Assembly: GCA_944326155.1 (NCBI GenBank)
Contig: CALVCV010000001.1
Location: 121,184-185,183 of the forward strand
Direction: 5' to 3'
Origin: an uncultured Bacilli bacterium
GTDB lineage: Bacteria > Bacillota_I > Bacilli_A > ML615J-28 > CAG-313
DNA length: 64,000 nt
Made by a program: the position numbers and the translations under genes. Numbering within the stretch: the first letter of the stretch is position 1; each line of letters opens with the position of its first letter. A model generated the notes under the pieces. It made no database searches, was not told the origin of the DNA, and was given only the letters and a program-made list of their open reading frames with translations. Below are positions 10,314 through 20,472 of the stretch, in pieces.

Positions 10314-10737
10314 AAACGTTTTTGGCGATTACATCAAGTAATCGATTATTAAATTTCACTTGCGCATTATTTTCCAAATTACTATATTCACGCGTAATCA
10401 ATAACGCTTCATCAATAACAATATTTTTCGCAATTTTTTCAAACTTCATTTCATAGGTTGCACTCCTGATGATAGCTCTATCTACATAGGAAAGCCGATC
10501 AAGGGTGTAGTTTGTTAAGGATGCACTGATGATTTGATTAATTTCATCAAGATGGTCAAGTGTTCCTCTAAATAGTTTTTCACTATATTTATAATCAATT
10601 TCAACTTGATATTCGTATTCCATTTCTAAATTTTTAATATCATCGAAACATTTTATACTTTCATCATAATTATAATTATTTAAATCCATATTATAGAGTG
10701 CTAATACAGTTAAAATTCTTCCATTATGTCTTTTCAT
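10306..10737 (-). CDS. nusB: transcription antitermination factor NusB
   Basis: 143 aa, all-helical, with a RILTVLALYNMDL-type N-terminus. Conserved position upstream of xseA. Confidence 0.75.
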   Translation of the reverse strand: MKRHNGRILTVLALYNMDLNNYNYDESIKCFDDIKNLEMEYEYQVEIDYKYSEKLFRGTLDHLDEINQIISASLTNYTLDRLSYVDRAIIRSATYEMKFEKIAKNIVIDEALLITREYSNLENNAQVKFNNRLLDVIAKNVYE

Positions 10738-10754
10738 TTTTGCTTTTTCCTTAC

Positions 10755-12389
10755 TTAATTAAGTATAATTTCAAATGGGATAACACCAATTTGATTGGCA
10801 CTAAGATTATTACCATATATAAAACTATCTTGAGCATAACATATTTTTGATAATTTAATATAAGTCAGTTCTTCAGACGGCGAACTTATTGTGTCATCTA
10901 AAATAGATACTTGATCTGTTTCGACTGCTAAAAGATCAATGATAATTTGATTATGCTCAAAAGTATATTTAACCTCTACTTCCTCACCTTCAATATCATA
11001 AAACTTTAAGCCTTGGATTATATCATATTTATCAAAACTATTTACATTTGTAAATACAAGTCTAATTCTCACTTGTGCATCAGTAGAATCATATTCTTTT
11101 ACAGCATTATTTAACATTGGGGCATGATGAGCATTGATACTAAATTGATATAGTCTGCGACAAACTTTCATATAGTCAAGACCTAAAATTTGTAAATTAG
11201 CTAGATTTTCACTATCAATTTCGTATGCTTCTAAATATTTATCATTTACTGAATCATAAACAACGGCTAAATCATATGTTGGTACAATTTCAAAGCGATT
11301 ATAATAATTACATGTATTACTTTGTATTAATCTCAAAATTGCAGCATTGGCAACTTGATTGGTACCTTCTTGAAGATAAAAAATCCTATTTTCAACTAAA
11401 AAACTATTTTCAATTTCGGATAACATAGTATATAACATTTGACTATACACATTTTGAAAAGTATTGATATCATAATTTATATTATTATTCGCATCTATTA
11501 AGTCAGCAAGGCCTTGATGAATAACGATATTTGCATAACTCATCCCTTGCAATTTAGTAAGATACCTTTCTGATAAATAGGACATATCATCTTCTTCTAA
11601 AACTTGTGAATTTGTATATAAGTTCTTACTTACTAAATAATCTTTAATTACTTTTCGTGAGTCAATAATCTCACGACTTAGCCACTGATAAATATTTGAA
11701 TCTTGACTTGTAGCAAAAACAACTGAAATTGGTCTGCGATTCCAACTATTAAAAGTACTTTCAATTTGTCTAATCAATTGATAACCAAAATGAGATATTT
11801 CACGCTGAGCAGGAACCCATTCTTCGTTTAAATAAAACATAAAAGAATAATCTAATTGTCCATTTGCAGGTAAAAGGCTAGTATCAACAGGCACTTCTTC
11901 TTGAATTGGAAAATCGACATTTTCTAATTCATCTCCCATTATCATCCAAACTTCACCAAATTTGATATTGGTATATGTTTCATGATAAATTTCAGTTGAA
12001 TCATAAATTTTTAGTGTATATTCTTTCATACTAGCATCAGGAGTAGCTAAAGATAATCTCCAAAATCCATCATTATCAGTATTACCATAAACCTCACTGA
12101 CTAAAGAATTTTTATAGTTATATAATGCCGCAACCATCACAACACCAGGATTGGATTTACCTTCAATTTTTAAAGTTGAAGAAGCTTGAAAAACAGCATC
12201 ATCTTTCACATATTCGGTGACTGTAAATTTTTCAGTTGGTTTAGAACCGATAGGAATTTTTATGCGATGAACACATCCGCTCGCAAATAAACACCATGCG
12301 AATGTATTGATGATTAAAATTATTTGAAATATTTTTTTCATTATATCACTCCTTCTATGTATTATATCATAAAACATCACTTTAATCAA
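10755..12389 (-). CDS. large secreted lipoprotein of unknown function
   Basis: 544 aa. Signal peptide with lipobox LFASGC. No motif I can place. Cotranscribed with nusB across an 18-nt gap. Confidence 0.5.
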   Translation of the reverse strand: MIKVMFYDIIHRRSDIMKKIFQIILIINTFAWCLFASGCVHRIKIPIGSKPTEKFTVTEYVKDDAVFQASSTLKIEGKSNPGVVMVAALYNYKNSLVSEVYGNTDNDGFWRLSLATPDASMKEYTLKIYDSTEIYHETYTNIKFGEVWMIMGDELENVDFPIQEEVPVDTSLLPANGQLDYSFMFYLNEEWVPAQREISHFGYQLIRQIESTFNSWNRRPISVVFATSQDSNIYQWLSREIIDSRKVIKDYLVSKNLYTNSQVLEEDDMSYLSERYLTKLQGMSYANIVIHQGLADLIDANNNINYDINTFQNVYSQMLYTMLSEIENSFLVENRIFYLQEGTNQVANAAILRLIQSNTCNYYNRFEIVPTYDLAVVYDSVNDKYLEAYEIDSENLANLQILGLDYMKVCRRLYQFSINAHHAPMLNNAVKEYDSTDAQVRIRLVFTNVNSFDKYDIIQGLKFYDIEGEEVEVKYTFEHNQIIIDLLAVETDQVSILDDTISSPSEELTYIKLSKICYAQDSFIYGNNLSANQIGVIPFEIILN

Positions 12390-12415
12390 TTAAATGATTA
12401 TGAAGATAATATAAA

Positions 12416-12456
12416 AGTGTATAGGAAACCATTGTCCTATACACTTATTGTTTTTT
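12416..12456. terminator. intrinsic terminator between trmL and the lipoprotein gene
   Basis: Hairpin AGTGTATAGGA-aaccattg-TCCTATACACT (12416..12445), followed by a T-rich run. Confidence 0.55.
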
Positions 12457-12635
12457 AGATACTCTAGTAGTTGAATCAAATACTTCTATTTCTTCTTCTA
12501 AATGATTACGATACATTTCAGGATGACGATAAAAATATTCATCGTTTTCAACTACTGAATGAATTGGTTTTGTCACTTTATCTTGCAAATTATCACTTCC
12601 AGTAATAGTTTATGGAAATACAAGTGGCTTATACT

Positions 12636-13154
12636 TTATTTTAAAAGCCAATCTTTACCTTTTAATGTTTCTGGTTCAAATCTTGATAAATCATTATAAT
12701 CTTGTTGCCTTAATGCCTCAAAAATGACGATTGCAGCAACATTACTGATATTAAGTGAACGAATTTTATCATTAATTGGTAATCTTATACAATCATCTAA
12801 ATGTTGTCTCAAAATTTCTTTAGGAATGCCAGTTGATTCTTTACCTATAACAAAATAGTATTTTTCATTAGAATCATTTAATTTTAATTCATGTGGAGTA
12901 TGAAAGCCATAACGTGTAAAAAAATACATTTTTCCATTGTTTTGACTTATAAAATCTTCCCAATTTTCATATACCTTAAAATGCACATTTGGTAAATAAT
13001 TTACAGCAGCCCTTTTTAGGCTTGCATCATCTACTTTAAAACCAAGAGGTTTAATTAAATGCAAAAAAGTATCCGTACCTACACAAGTTCGCATAATATT
13101 ACCAGTATTTTGTGGAATTTCTGGTTCAAACAAAACAATATTATTTTTTGCCAT
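12636..13154 (-). CDS. trmL: SpoU-family tRNA (cytidine/uridine-2'-O)-methyltransferase, TrmL-like
   Basis: 172 aa. N-terminal LFEPEIPQNTGNIMRTC and SPOUT-type C-terminal motifs (ESTG..., NVSNVAAIVIFEALRQ). Confidence 0.75.
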   Translation of the reverse strand: MAKNNIVLFEPEIPQNTGNIMRTCVGTDTFLHLIKPLGFKVDDASLKRAAVNYLPNVHFKVYENWEDFISQNNGKMYFFTRYGFHTPHELKLNDSNEKYYFVIGKESTGIPKEILRQHLDDCIRLPINDKIRSLNISNVAAIVIFEALRQQDYNDLSRFEPETLKGKDWLLK

Positions 13155-13162
13155 AACAATTT

Positions 13163-14584
13163 TTAATTTACTCCTTCATGAATTTTAACAATTTTTTCTT
13201 GCATTTTTGACACTTTAGGTTTGAAATCAATAAATTTATAAAGAAATGTGCCTAAAATGGCTGCGCCAAAATTACTAATAACCATGGCATACCAAACACT
13301 TGCTGGACCAATCTTAATAATGTTCATTAAAAACCAAATAAGTGGTAATCTAAATACCCAAAGTCGAGCGCTAGCAAGCAATAAGCTTAAACCAGTTCTA
13401 CCTGCACCTTGAAAACATCCTGTCCAAATTTGGAATATCCCCATAAGAGGTAAACCTAATATTAAGAAATATAAAAAATAAACACACATATTAAAAGCAC
13501 GTGGATTATCAGTTTTGTCTATAAAGATACTTACAAGCGGTCCTCTTAAAAACATCAAAAAAACTGCTCCCCCTATCGTTATCACAAAAGATATTAACAT
13601 CGACATCCATAGGCTTCGTTTTGCTCGATTAATTTGACCAGCCCCAATATTTTGACCTATAAAAGTAGCCAATACTGTTCCGACTGACATTGCAGGAAAT
13701 AGTAATAATGAATTGATACGATTACCAACACCAATTGCATTAATAATATATCCATCAAAATCTGCAACTAAACTATTAATTAAAAGAAAACCAAAGGAAG
13801 TAAAGGCTTGTGATATAGCAGCAGGCATACCTATGACAAAGAGCATTTTAGATAGTCTATAGTCAAATTTTAAATCTTTCCATTTTAGTGGCAATATGTT
13901 ATTTTTCTTTTGCATCATCAAAATAAAGCATACAGGAATAACAATCATATTTGCCACAACTGTAGCAAGAGCTGCTCCTTTAATATCCATTCCAATAATA
14001 TCAACTAAAAACCATGTTAAAATAATATTTAAAACTACGGAAACAACGTTTAACACAACAGGTGTTACCGTATCACCAGTTGACTGACGACTTGCTTGAA
14101 AAGCATAAATGATAAAAAGACCAGTTTGTTCAAATGAACGGAATTGTACATATTCAACTGAATATTTGTACAAATCACTGTTTGTATCTATTCCCATATA
14201 TTTTATGATTAAAGGAGTAAAAATGAACAATAGGATATTAAATACTACACCCACAATAATCGATAATAATAATAATTGTCCACTTGCTTTTTTGGCTTCT
14301 GCTACTTGATTTGCACCAAGATATTGACTCATAATCGCCGTTCCAGCAACCATTAAACCAAGCGCAAGAGCTTGACAAATTTGCATGATAGGACCAGTAA
14401 TGGTAATTGCTGAAACTTGTGCTTCTACAATCTCTATAGTATCATCAATATTGCTAATAAAATACATATCAACAATATCATGTAGCGATTTAAATATATT
14501 ACTAAACATAATTGGTAAGGCAAGTAAAATGATACTTCTTACAATTCTTTGATCTTTTAAAATTAAATAACTTTTATTTTTCAT
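13163..14584 (-). CDS. MATE-family multidrug efflux transporter
   Basis: 473 aa, 12 predicted TM helices, MATE-like internally duplicated topology. Confidence 0.85.
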   Translation of the reverse strand: MKNKSYLILKDQRIVRSIILLALPIMFSNIFKSLHDIVDMYFISNIDDTIEIVEAQVSAITITGPIMQICQALALGLMVAGTAIMSQYLGANQVAEAKKASGQLLLLSIIVGVVFNILLFIFTPLIIKYMGIDTNSDLYKYSVEYVQFRSFEQTGLFIIYAFQASRQSTGDTVTPVVLNVVSVVLNIILTWFLVDIIGMDIKGAALATVVANMIVIPVCFILMMQKKNNILPLKWKDLKFDYRLSKMLFVIGMPAAISQAFTSFGFLLINSLVADFDGYIINAIGVGNRINSLLLFPAMSVGTVLATFIGQNIGAGQINRAKRSLWMSMLISFVITIGGAVFLMFLRGPLVSIFIDKTDNPRAFNMCVYFLYFLILGLPLMGIFQIWTGCFQGAGRTGLSLLLASARLWVFRLPLIWFLMNIIKIGPASVWYAMVISNFGAAILGTFLYKFIDFKPKVSKMQEKIVKIHEGVN

Positions 14585-14724
14585 AATGTTATCTTTTCAT
14601 CCTATTATTTTTTAATTTTATATTATTATATCATTTTTTTTCTTTTTAATAAAGTAATTTATTTTCTTTTTTAGTGTATTTTTTTAACAATTATGATAAA
14701 ATATGAAAAAAAGGAGATTTTAAT

Positions 14725-15984
14725 ATGAAACCACTTGCATATTTAATGAGGCCTCATAGTTTTGATGATATCGTAGGTCAAGACCATCTAGTAGGTGAAA
14801 ATGGTGTAATTAGAAAAATGATTAATTCCAATCATCTTTTTTCCTTTATTTTATATGGAAATCCTGGATGTGGTAAAACAACTATTGCTCTTGCAACGTG
14901 TGAGATGGCCAAAATTAAATCCTTTAAATTTAATGCTTCTACTGACAATAAAGAAATATTAAAACAAATTATGAATGAGACAAAATTTCTTGATAAAGCC
15001 ATTATCATTGTTGATGAAATTCATCGTATGAAAAAAGATATTCAGGATTATCTATTGCCTTTTGTCGAAGACGGCACTATTATATTAATAGGCCTTACTA
15101 CTGTTAGTCCATATCATTCGGTTAACCCTGCTATTAGAAGTCGTTGCAATATCTATCGTCTAAATGATTTGACAACTGATGATTTATTAAAAGTTTTAAA
15201 ACGTGCCCAAACATATATTGACCGCCCTTTAAAAATTGATGCGGATGCTTATAATTATATTATTTCTACCGCAAATTCTGAAATTAGAACATTGATTAAT
15301 AATTTTGAGACCATTGCTTTTACTTCGACTGAAAACCATATTACTCTTGATATTGCAAAAAGTTATATTCAAAAACCAAATGTTGCAATTGATGCCAATG
15401 GTGATAGTTACTATGATACACTAAGCGGTTTACAAAAATCTATTCGAGGTAGTGATGTAGATGCTTCCTTGCACTATTTAGCTAAACTCATCATCGCAGA
15501 CGACTTAACAAGCCTAAGTAGAAGACTTTTAGCAATAGCTTATGAAGATATTGGACTTGCCAATCCTACAATAGGTCCCCGTGTCAAAGCAGCAGTTGAT
15601 GCCGCAATTGACCTTGGAAATCCAGAAGCAATGTTGCCCCTTAGTGTAATTGTTATTGAAATGGCATTATCTCCTAAATCAAATTCGGCTTATCTTGCAA
15701 TTCATAGTGCTTTAGATGACGTGAATAATGGAAATACTGGTAATTTACCTCTTCACTTAAAAAATTCTTATTCTTTTAATCCTAGCCAAGGCCCTTATTT
15801 ATATCCTCATGATTATCCTAATGCTTGGGTATATCAACAATATTTACCAGATGCTATCAAAAATCGCAAATATTATTATCCAAAAGATAGCTCTAAAATT
15901 GAGATTGGTCTAAAAGAACGTTATGAATTAATTGAAAAATATAAAATGGATGCTATCGCAAAATTACATGCAAATAAAAAATGA
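14725..15984 (+). CDS. rarA: replication-associated recombination protein A (AAA+ ATPase RarA/MgsA)
   Basis: 419 aa. Start MKPLAYLMRPHSFDDIVGQDHLVG, Walker A GNPGCGKTT, Walker B IIIVDEIHR, and the MgsA C-terminal domain. Confidence 0.9.
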   Translation: MKPLAYLMRPHSFDDIVGQDHLVGENGVIRKMINSNHLFSFILYGNPGCGKTTIALATCEMAKIKSFKFNASTDNKEILKQIMNETKFLDKAIIIVDEIHRMKKDIQDYLLPFVEDGTIILIGLTTVSPYHSVNPAIRSRCNIYRLNDLTTDDLLKVLKRAQTYIDRPLKIDADAYNYIISTANSEIRTLINNFETIAFTSTENHITLDIAKSYIQKPNVAIDANGDSYYDTLSGLQKSIRGSDVDASLHYLAKLIIADDLTSLSRRLLAIAYEDIGLANPTIGPRVKAAVDAAIDLGNPEAMLPLSVIVIEMALSPKSNSAYLAIHSALDDVNNGNTGNLPLHLKNSYSFNPSQGPYLYPHDYPNAWVYQQYLPDAIKNRKYYYPKDSSKIEIGLKERYELIEKYKMDAIAKLHANKK

Positions 15985-15990
15985 TGTACT

Positions 15991-17646
15991 TTAAAACATA
16001 TCATTTTTTTTTGGATTTATACTTGATTGTTCACTTTCAGTCATTTGTAATAGAGTCATTCGCAGAATAATACTTTTGTATAATAGATAACCTTCAACTT
16101 CATGATTTAATAAATCAAATCTTTGATAACCTAAATATTTTTTAGAATATTCGCTTTCTTGATCTAAGAAAATTTTATATTGAAATAAATTTAATAAGTT
16201 TTGATATTTTAAAGTTGTATCATTTAAATGAAAAATAAAAAAATAACCATAAGTTGTTGTCACTTCTATCATATACATAATTTTTTCTAACAATTTACTA
16301 TCAGTCAAAATTTTTTCACAACCAGTAATAATAATTAGTTCGTAACTTATTTTGGTCGAATTTTTGCGATTGTATTCTTCAATCGTTGAAATATTTAAGG
16401 TATTAAATTTATTAATTCGTTCACTTACTTTCACCAAAATATGATCTAATTCACCAATATCAGTGCTAGTGGCAAAATTACTACTTTTTAGTAAATCAAT
16501 ATAGTAATATTTGATATTGGATTTATAATACATCATAGCAAGAATTAAGCTATCAATATAAAGGCTTACCCTTTTAATATTACTTCCAAAAATAACAAGT
16601 CTTGTATTGGTCGCATCAAGAGCTACTAATTCATTTCTATCATCAATGCCAAAGATGATTTCATTATCTGATATATTTTGTAATTCATATATTCTTAAAG
16701 GTGTAGGAACTAAATTATTGATTTCTACTAATAATTCTTTTGTATTTTCGTCTTTTTTTAGTTGGAAATTGTGAATGTAATTTTTTAAATTTCTGTCAAA
16801 AACCTCATAACTAAAGTTATAATGAGAATTAATAAAATAAACTGTAATATTGCGACAAATAAGATATGTGATGTCATTGTAAAAAACATTCATACTATTT
16901 AAAACTTTTTTAATGGTATCAACATTTCTTTTGGCAAATTCAAATTCACGGCTATAATATTCAGTACTATTTACTTTGCTAATTTTAAATTTTATTTTGG
17001 TTTTGGTATATGATTTATCATATTCATCTACTTTATTTTTTAAATTCTTGGTTATTTTTTTATAGGAAAAATAAATTTTTTTACCAAAATCAATTATCAT
17101 TTTAATGAAATCTTTTATCGTTTTTTTACAGATGAAAACAATACCTAAAAAAAATAATAAGATGCTAATAAAAATAACTCCTATTTCTGATAATAAATAA
17201 TAACATAGATAAAATAAAATTGCTCCAATAATACCGCCACCACTAATAGAATCAGCACTTTCAGTACTAAAACTATTAACATATAATTTTATTGTTGTAA
17301 CTAAAATATTTCCTTCATACGATTTAAGATAGCGATGCATACTAAAATGTGATAAAAGAATTAAAGATAAAATCATCATAAAAATTCCTAAATAGCGAAT
17401 ATTATTAATTTTTAATCTAGTATGCACAATGATACATCGAATTGCATATAGTATCATAAGTAAAAAAATTAAAAAATACCAATCACCAAATAAGACTTTT
17501 GTAATAAGCATTAAATATTGGCCTACTAGACCCATTTTAGAAATAGCCAACATTGATAATACCAATAGTACGATACCTAAAATTTCATAATGAAAAAGTC
17601 TTTCTTTTTCTTTAATTCCAATATTTTGTACTTTTTCTTTTGCCAT
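15991..17646 (-). CDS. FtsK/SpoIIIE-family membrane protein with degenerate ATPase motifs (predicted pseudo-translocase)
   Basis: 551 aa. The N-terminal 4-TM domain aligns to the SpoIIIE/FtsK N-terminus: FHYEILGIVLLVLSMLAISKMGLVGQY, FGDWYFLIFLLMILYAI, SGGGIIGAILF. The C-terminal region aligns to the motor core, but Walker A reads LVIFGSNIKRVS and Walker B reads YELIIITGCEKIL. There is no gamma domain. Confidence 0.6.
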   Translation of the reverse strand: MAKEKVQNIGIKEKERLFHYEILGIVLLVLSMLAISKMGLVGQYLMLITKVLFGDWYFLIFLLMILYAIRCIIVHTRLKINNIRYLGIFMMILSLILLSHFSMHRYLKSYEGNILVTTIKLYVNSFSTESADSISGGGIIGAILFYLCYYLLSEIGVIFISILLFFLGIVFICKKTIKDFIKMIIDFGKKIYFSYKKITKNLKNKVDEYDKSYTKTKIKFKISKVNSTEYYSREFEFAKRNVDTIKKVLNSMNVFYNDITYLICRNITVYFINSHYNFSYEVFDRNLKNYIHNFQLKKDENTKELLVEINNLVPTPLRIYELQNISDNEIIFGIDDRNELVALDATNTRLVIFGSNIKRVSLYIDSLILAMMYYKSNIKYYYIDLLKSSNFATSTDIGELDHILVKVSERINKFNTLNISTIEEYNRKNSTKISYELIIITGCEKILTDSKLLEKIMYMIEVTTTYGYFFIFHLNDTTLKYQNLLNLFQYKIFLDQESEYSKKYLGYQRFDLLNHEVEGYLLYKSIILRMTLLQMTESEQSSINPKKNDMF

Positions 17647-17704
17647 TATTTCACCTTCTACACTAGTACTATTTAATCATATTGCATTCGTTTTTTTTGT
17701 AGAA

Positions 17705-17741
17705 AAAGAAAAACACTCTAGAAATACTAGAGTGTTTTTAC
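17705..17741. terminator. intrinsic terminator downstream of rpmG
   Basis: Hairpin AACACTCTAG-aaata-CTAGAGTGTT (17712..17736) with flanking A and T runs. Confidence 0.7.
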
Positions 17742-17896
17742 TACTTTTTAGTTTTTTCTTTGTGTAAAGTTGTTTTTTTACAACGTGGGCAATATTTTTT
17801 TTGTTCTAAACGATCTGGAGTATTACGTTTATTTTTTTCGGTTAAATAATTTTCTTCGCCACATTCAGTACACTTTAAAATAAAATTAATACGCAT
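17741..17896 (-). CDS. rpmG: 50S ribosomal protein L33
   Basis: Not in the ORF track (51 aa). Manual translation: [51 protein letters not shown]. Carries the L33 CxxC...CxxC zinc ribbon. GGAGGAA RBS. Confidence 0.85.
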   Translation of the reverse strand: MRINFILKCTECGEENYLTEKNKRNTPDRLEQKKYCPRCKKTTLHKEKTKK

Positions 17897-18011
17897 TTCT
17901 GAATTCCTCCCGATAAATCATATTAATTATACACCAAAATATTTTATTTATCAAGAGATTAGAACTAAAATTTACACTATTTTTAACAACTCGTCTACCA
18001 TAAAATACGTT

Positions 18012-19172
18012 TTATTTAGCAAGTTCAAAAATTCGCATAACATCTTGATAATCTAATTCTTTTACACCTATAATTTTTTTCGTTTGATTTTGAGTTGCAA
18101 GATTTGCAAGTCGCGCAAATTCTTCTTCATATATTTGTTCATCGGATAATCTAATTGGCATATTTAAAGTTTTAAAATAGTCTTCTAAAGTATCAATGGT
18201 TTTAATTACCACATCACCTTCAGTTATATGAAAGACTTCAGCACCCAATTTTTGCCATTTATCAAGAAAAAGTTCTTTAGTATATCTTGCCCAAGCAATA
18301 AATAAAATTGATAATCCAGCACCATGTGCAACACGATCATACGCACCACTTATGATATGTTCAAGTTTGTGAACTGTAAAATACATTTTTGATCCAAGTC
18401 CTGTTAATCCATTATGAGAAAAACTACTTGCAATCATTAAAGTAGCTCTAGCATTATAATCTCTAGGATTAATCATTACTCTTTTTCCTGCCTTCACAAC
18501 AGATTTGATTAAGCCAAGGCTAATTTCATCTGTAAAAATTAAATCGTCTACATCAGAGAAATATCTTTCAAGTGTATGCATCATGATATCAACGATACCA
18601 CATGCAGTTTGGAATGGTGAAACACTAAAGGTGAGTATTGGATTCATAATAGCAAACTTTGGTCTAATTAAGTCACTATTAAAACCATTTTTAATATGAA
18701 TTTTACCATTGGTTATGACACATGAATTACTAAGTTCGCTGCCTGCTGCACTAATAGTTAAAATAACACCTACAGGGAGCACCTTTGTTGGTAATTTTTC
18801 ATGTGCATTAAAACACCATGGATCATCATCAATTAGTGCACCACAAGCAATTGATTTACCTGAGTCAATTACTGAACCACCACCAACAGCTAATATAAGC
18901 TCAATTTTTTCAGTTTTGACAAGTTTTACTCCCTCACGAACTAATTCAATTTTTGGATTAGGTTCAACACCACCAAGTTCAACATATTCAATATCATTTT
19001 TTCGAAGTGAATTGGTAACAATATCATATAATCCACTTTTAAAAATGGATGATTTACCATAATGTAGTAAAATTTTTTTATAACCCTCTTTTTTTAAGAT
19101 TTCCCCAATTCTTTTTTCTTCATCTTTACCAAAATAGATTTTTGTAGGTGATACAAATTCAAAATTATTCAT
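18012..19172 (-). CDS. iron-containing (group III) alcohol dehydrogenase
   Basis: 386 aa. NAD-binding motif GGGSVIDSGK and the Fe-ADH His cluster. Confidence 0.85.
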   Translation of the reverse strand: MNNFEFVSPTKIYFGKDEEKRIGEILKKEGYKKILLHYGKSSIFKSGLYDIVTNSLRKNDIEYVELGGVEPNPKIELVREGVKLVKTEKIELILAVGGGSVIDSGKSIACGALIDDDPWCFNAHEKLPTKVLPVGVILTISAAGSELSNSCVITNGKIHIKNGFNSDLIRPKFAIMNPILTFSVSPFQTACGIVDIMMHTLERYFSDVDDLIFTDEISLGLIKSVVKAGKRVMINPRDYNARATLMIASSFSHNGLTGLGSKMYFTVHKLEHIISGAYDRVAHGAGLSILFIAWARYTKELFLDKWQKLGAEVFHITEGDVVIKTIDTLEDYFKTLNMPIRLSDEQIYEEEFARLANLATQNQTKKIIGVKELDYQDVMRIFELAK

Positions 19173-19812
19173 AAATTACCTTTCTAATAAATGGCACAAA
19201 AAGTCCACCAAAACTATTACCTAAAATAATGAATAAAAGTGCAAGAAAACTTTCCCCACTATAAACCCCAGCTAAAGAGAAATAAAACATATCTGCGACA
19301 CAGTGTTCAAAACCACAAATAATAAAGCCTGCTACACATAACATTAAAACAACATATTTACCAAAGTTATTATTTAATTTTGCAAAACCTTCGACTGCAA
19401 AATAGATTAACATACCGCAAAAGAAACCTAAAATAAGTAGTTCCCACCAGCTGTAATCAAGTTTTGTAAGAACAATATTTTCAATAATTTTACTTCCCAA
19501 AGTTTTATTCATCAAAAAGCCTACTAAAACAGCACCTACATAATTTCCTATTAAACCAAGTAACAATTGAATACTATAGGTTATACCTTCTTTTTGACCA
19601 ATTTTATCTGCAAGATAGCAAATTTTACCAGTATATAGGAAAAAGCCAAAATTACAAATTAATATTAGACCAATGGTAAACAAAAAAGCAGGAACGATTA
19701 TAAGTGAGGTAGTCTCTTTGGCTTTAATAAACAAGAATCCACCAATTCCAATACAAATTCCAGCTAAAATAGCCTTGATAAAAATCACACTATAAAATCT
19801 AACTTTAGTCAA
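19165..19812 (-). CDS. formate/nitrite transporter (FNT) family membrane protein, short form
   Basis: 215 aa polytopic protein with an FNT-like signature CGFEHCVADMFY. Overlaps the adh start by 8 nt. Confidence 0.5.
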   Translation of the reverse strand: MTKVRFYSVIFIKAILAGICIGIGGFLFIKAKETTSLIIVPAFLFTIGLILICNFGFFLYTGKICYLADKIGQKEGITYSIQLLLGLIGNYVGAVLVGFLMNKTLGSKIIENIVLTKLDYSWWELLILGFFCGMLIYFAVEGFAKLNNNFGKYVVLMLCVAGFIICGFEHCVADMFYFSLAGVYSGESFLALLFIILGNSFGGLFVPFIRKVIYE

Positions 19813-19824
19813 TATATCACCTCC

Positions 19825-20472
19825 TTACTTAAATTTTTCATTTGATATAAAAATATTCTTGATTGCAATAGGTTCAACAGGAAAATTTTGAAATGCATAA
19901 TGTGGAGTATATGTTTGTACTTTGCTAATTTCAAGAATTACATCAATGCTTTTACTATCGGTTACTTTACCAAATGCAGCATATTGACCATCCAAATAAT
20001 CACATTTTGCACTACATAAGAAAAATTGTGAAGTGGCTGAGTTCATAACATTCGTTCTAGCCATAGAAATAACGCCAACTTCATGTGTAATATCATTTTT
20101 ATCCCATCCATTGGCTTTAAATTCGCCATAAATTGCTTCAGTTTGAGGCAATTCTTCTAAAATATTATTTGTAATTTTATATCCTCCTGTTTGAATCATA
20201 AAATCTTTGATTATTCGATGAAAAATCGTATTTTGATAGTATCCCTCACTAGCTAACTTTACAAAGTTTTCAACCGTAAGTGGAGCTTTATCATGAAATA
20301 ATTCTAAATTAATAGATTCTTTGTTTTCTAAAACAATTTGTGCATATATTGGTTTATCCATATCAATACTTCCTTTCTTACAAGATGACATCATGACACT
20401 TACAATTATTGTAATAAAAACAATACAAATTTGATACAATTTTCTCCTACATATACCCTTATATTCTATCAA
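19825..20472 (-). CDS. cyclophilin-type peptidyl-prolyl cis-trans isomerase, lipoprotein
   Basis: Cyclophilin motifs FHRIIKDFMIQTGG and MARTNVMNSATSQFF. The ORF-track start is a TTG. A lipoprotein signal (...IIVSVMMSSC) suggests the internal TTG near 20439 is the real start, preceded by AGGAGA. Confidence 0.8.
   Translation of the reverse strand: MIEYKGICRRKLYQICIVFITIIVSVMMSSCKKGSIDMDKPIYAQIVLENKESINLELFHDKAPLTVENFVKLASEGYYQNTIFHRIIKDFMIQTGGYKITNNILEELPQTEAIYGEFKANGWDKNDITHEVGVISMARTNVMNSATSQFFLCSAKCDYLDGQYAAFGKVTDSKSIDVILEISKVQTYTPHYAFQNFPVEPIAIKNIFISNEKFK

Noticed and set aside
12457-12635. Possible small minus-strand ORF (TTG start, about 65 aa) between trmL and the downstream terminator.
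   Set aside because: No ATG start. Its C-terminal third is the translation of the terminator hairpin, and it overlaps the lipoprotein start. Not listed in the ORF track. Insufficient support.
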